A stretch of DNA of 64,000 bases, taken from the NCBI GenBank assembly GCA_029564175.1, contig JAKQQL010000110.1, positions 56,151 through 120,150 on the forward strand, read 5' to 3'. Shown piece after piece: positions 63,862 to 64,000 of the stretch; position 1 is the stretch's first letter; every line of letters starts with the position of its first letter. A model generated the notes under the pieces. It searched no databases. It was not told the origin of the DNA and saw only the letters and a list, made by a program, of their open reading frames with translations. Made by a program: the position numbers and the translations under genes. The DNA comes from Candidatus Cloacimonadota bacterium (lineage in GTDB: Bacteria; Cloacimonadota; Cloacimonadia; Cloacimonadales; WRIO01).

Positions 63862-64000
63862 GATAACATCTCAAAAGTTGGTGTAAAAAGATAAAAAAAA
63901 AGGTTGATCCAGATCCAACTCTTTGTTTTATTGAATTTGAAAATAAAAAAGACAAGGAGTAGATCATGAATCAACCAAAGACAAAGAAAAATGAGCCAAT
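63862..64000 (+). mobile_element. Probable left end of an IS256-family insertion sequence (continues beyond the window)
   Basis: GATAACATCTCAAAAGTTGGTGTAAAAAG resembles IS256-type ends (GATAA...TGTAAAA). AAGGAG RBS and ATG at 63966 open an ORF (MNQPKTKKNEP...) that runs off the edge. Confidence 0.6.

Noticed and set aside
63862..63974. N-terminal 'membrane' segment of ORF 63516-63974
   Set aside because: It is read-through into the reverse strand of the A-rich putative IS end and is not homologous to ferritin-like proteins.

Overview
This is an AT-rich, gene-dense bacterial chromosomal segment from a diderm anaerobe. A Cloacimonadota-like (FCB-group) origin is inferred from a T9SS-type C-terminal domain, beta-barrel proteins and the Fe-S enzyme repertoire. 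Most of it is housekeeping: the hrcA-grpE-dnaK-dnaJ-rsmE heat-shock operon with CIRCE sites; an obgE-dprA-rph-nuclease-pyrE-methyltransferase-rnhB-trmFO-transporter run; a dfx-rbr-rubredoxin oxidative-stress operon (the rubredoxin is missing from the ORF track); ddl; a DUF47/PiT pair; patB; an MFS transporter; and a 7TM-HD/ybeY/CNNM run. The most interesting parts are: (1) a four-gene operon with its own promoter encoding a secreted Ig-like protein, a FecR-domain protein, a beta-barrel and a CHASE2 adenylyl cyclase, a candidate trans-envelope cAMP signalling system with no ECF sigma factor; (2) a bifurcating-hydrogenase-type operon that lacks HydA, has a cysteine-free HydD/HndB and a degenerate H-cluster protein; (3) a catalytically degenerate HisRS paralogue; (4) a small coiled-coil lipoprotein plus LysM bicistron; and (5) a probable IS256-family insertion truncating a ferritin-like gene at the right edge. 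No rRNA, tRNA or CRISPR array was seen. All calls come from reading motifs by eye; no searches were run.
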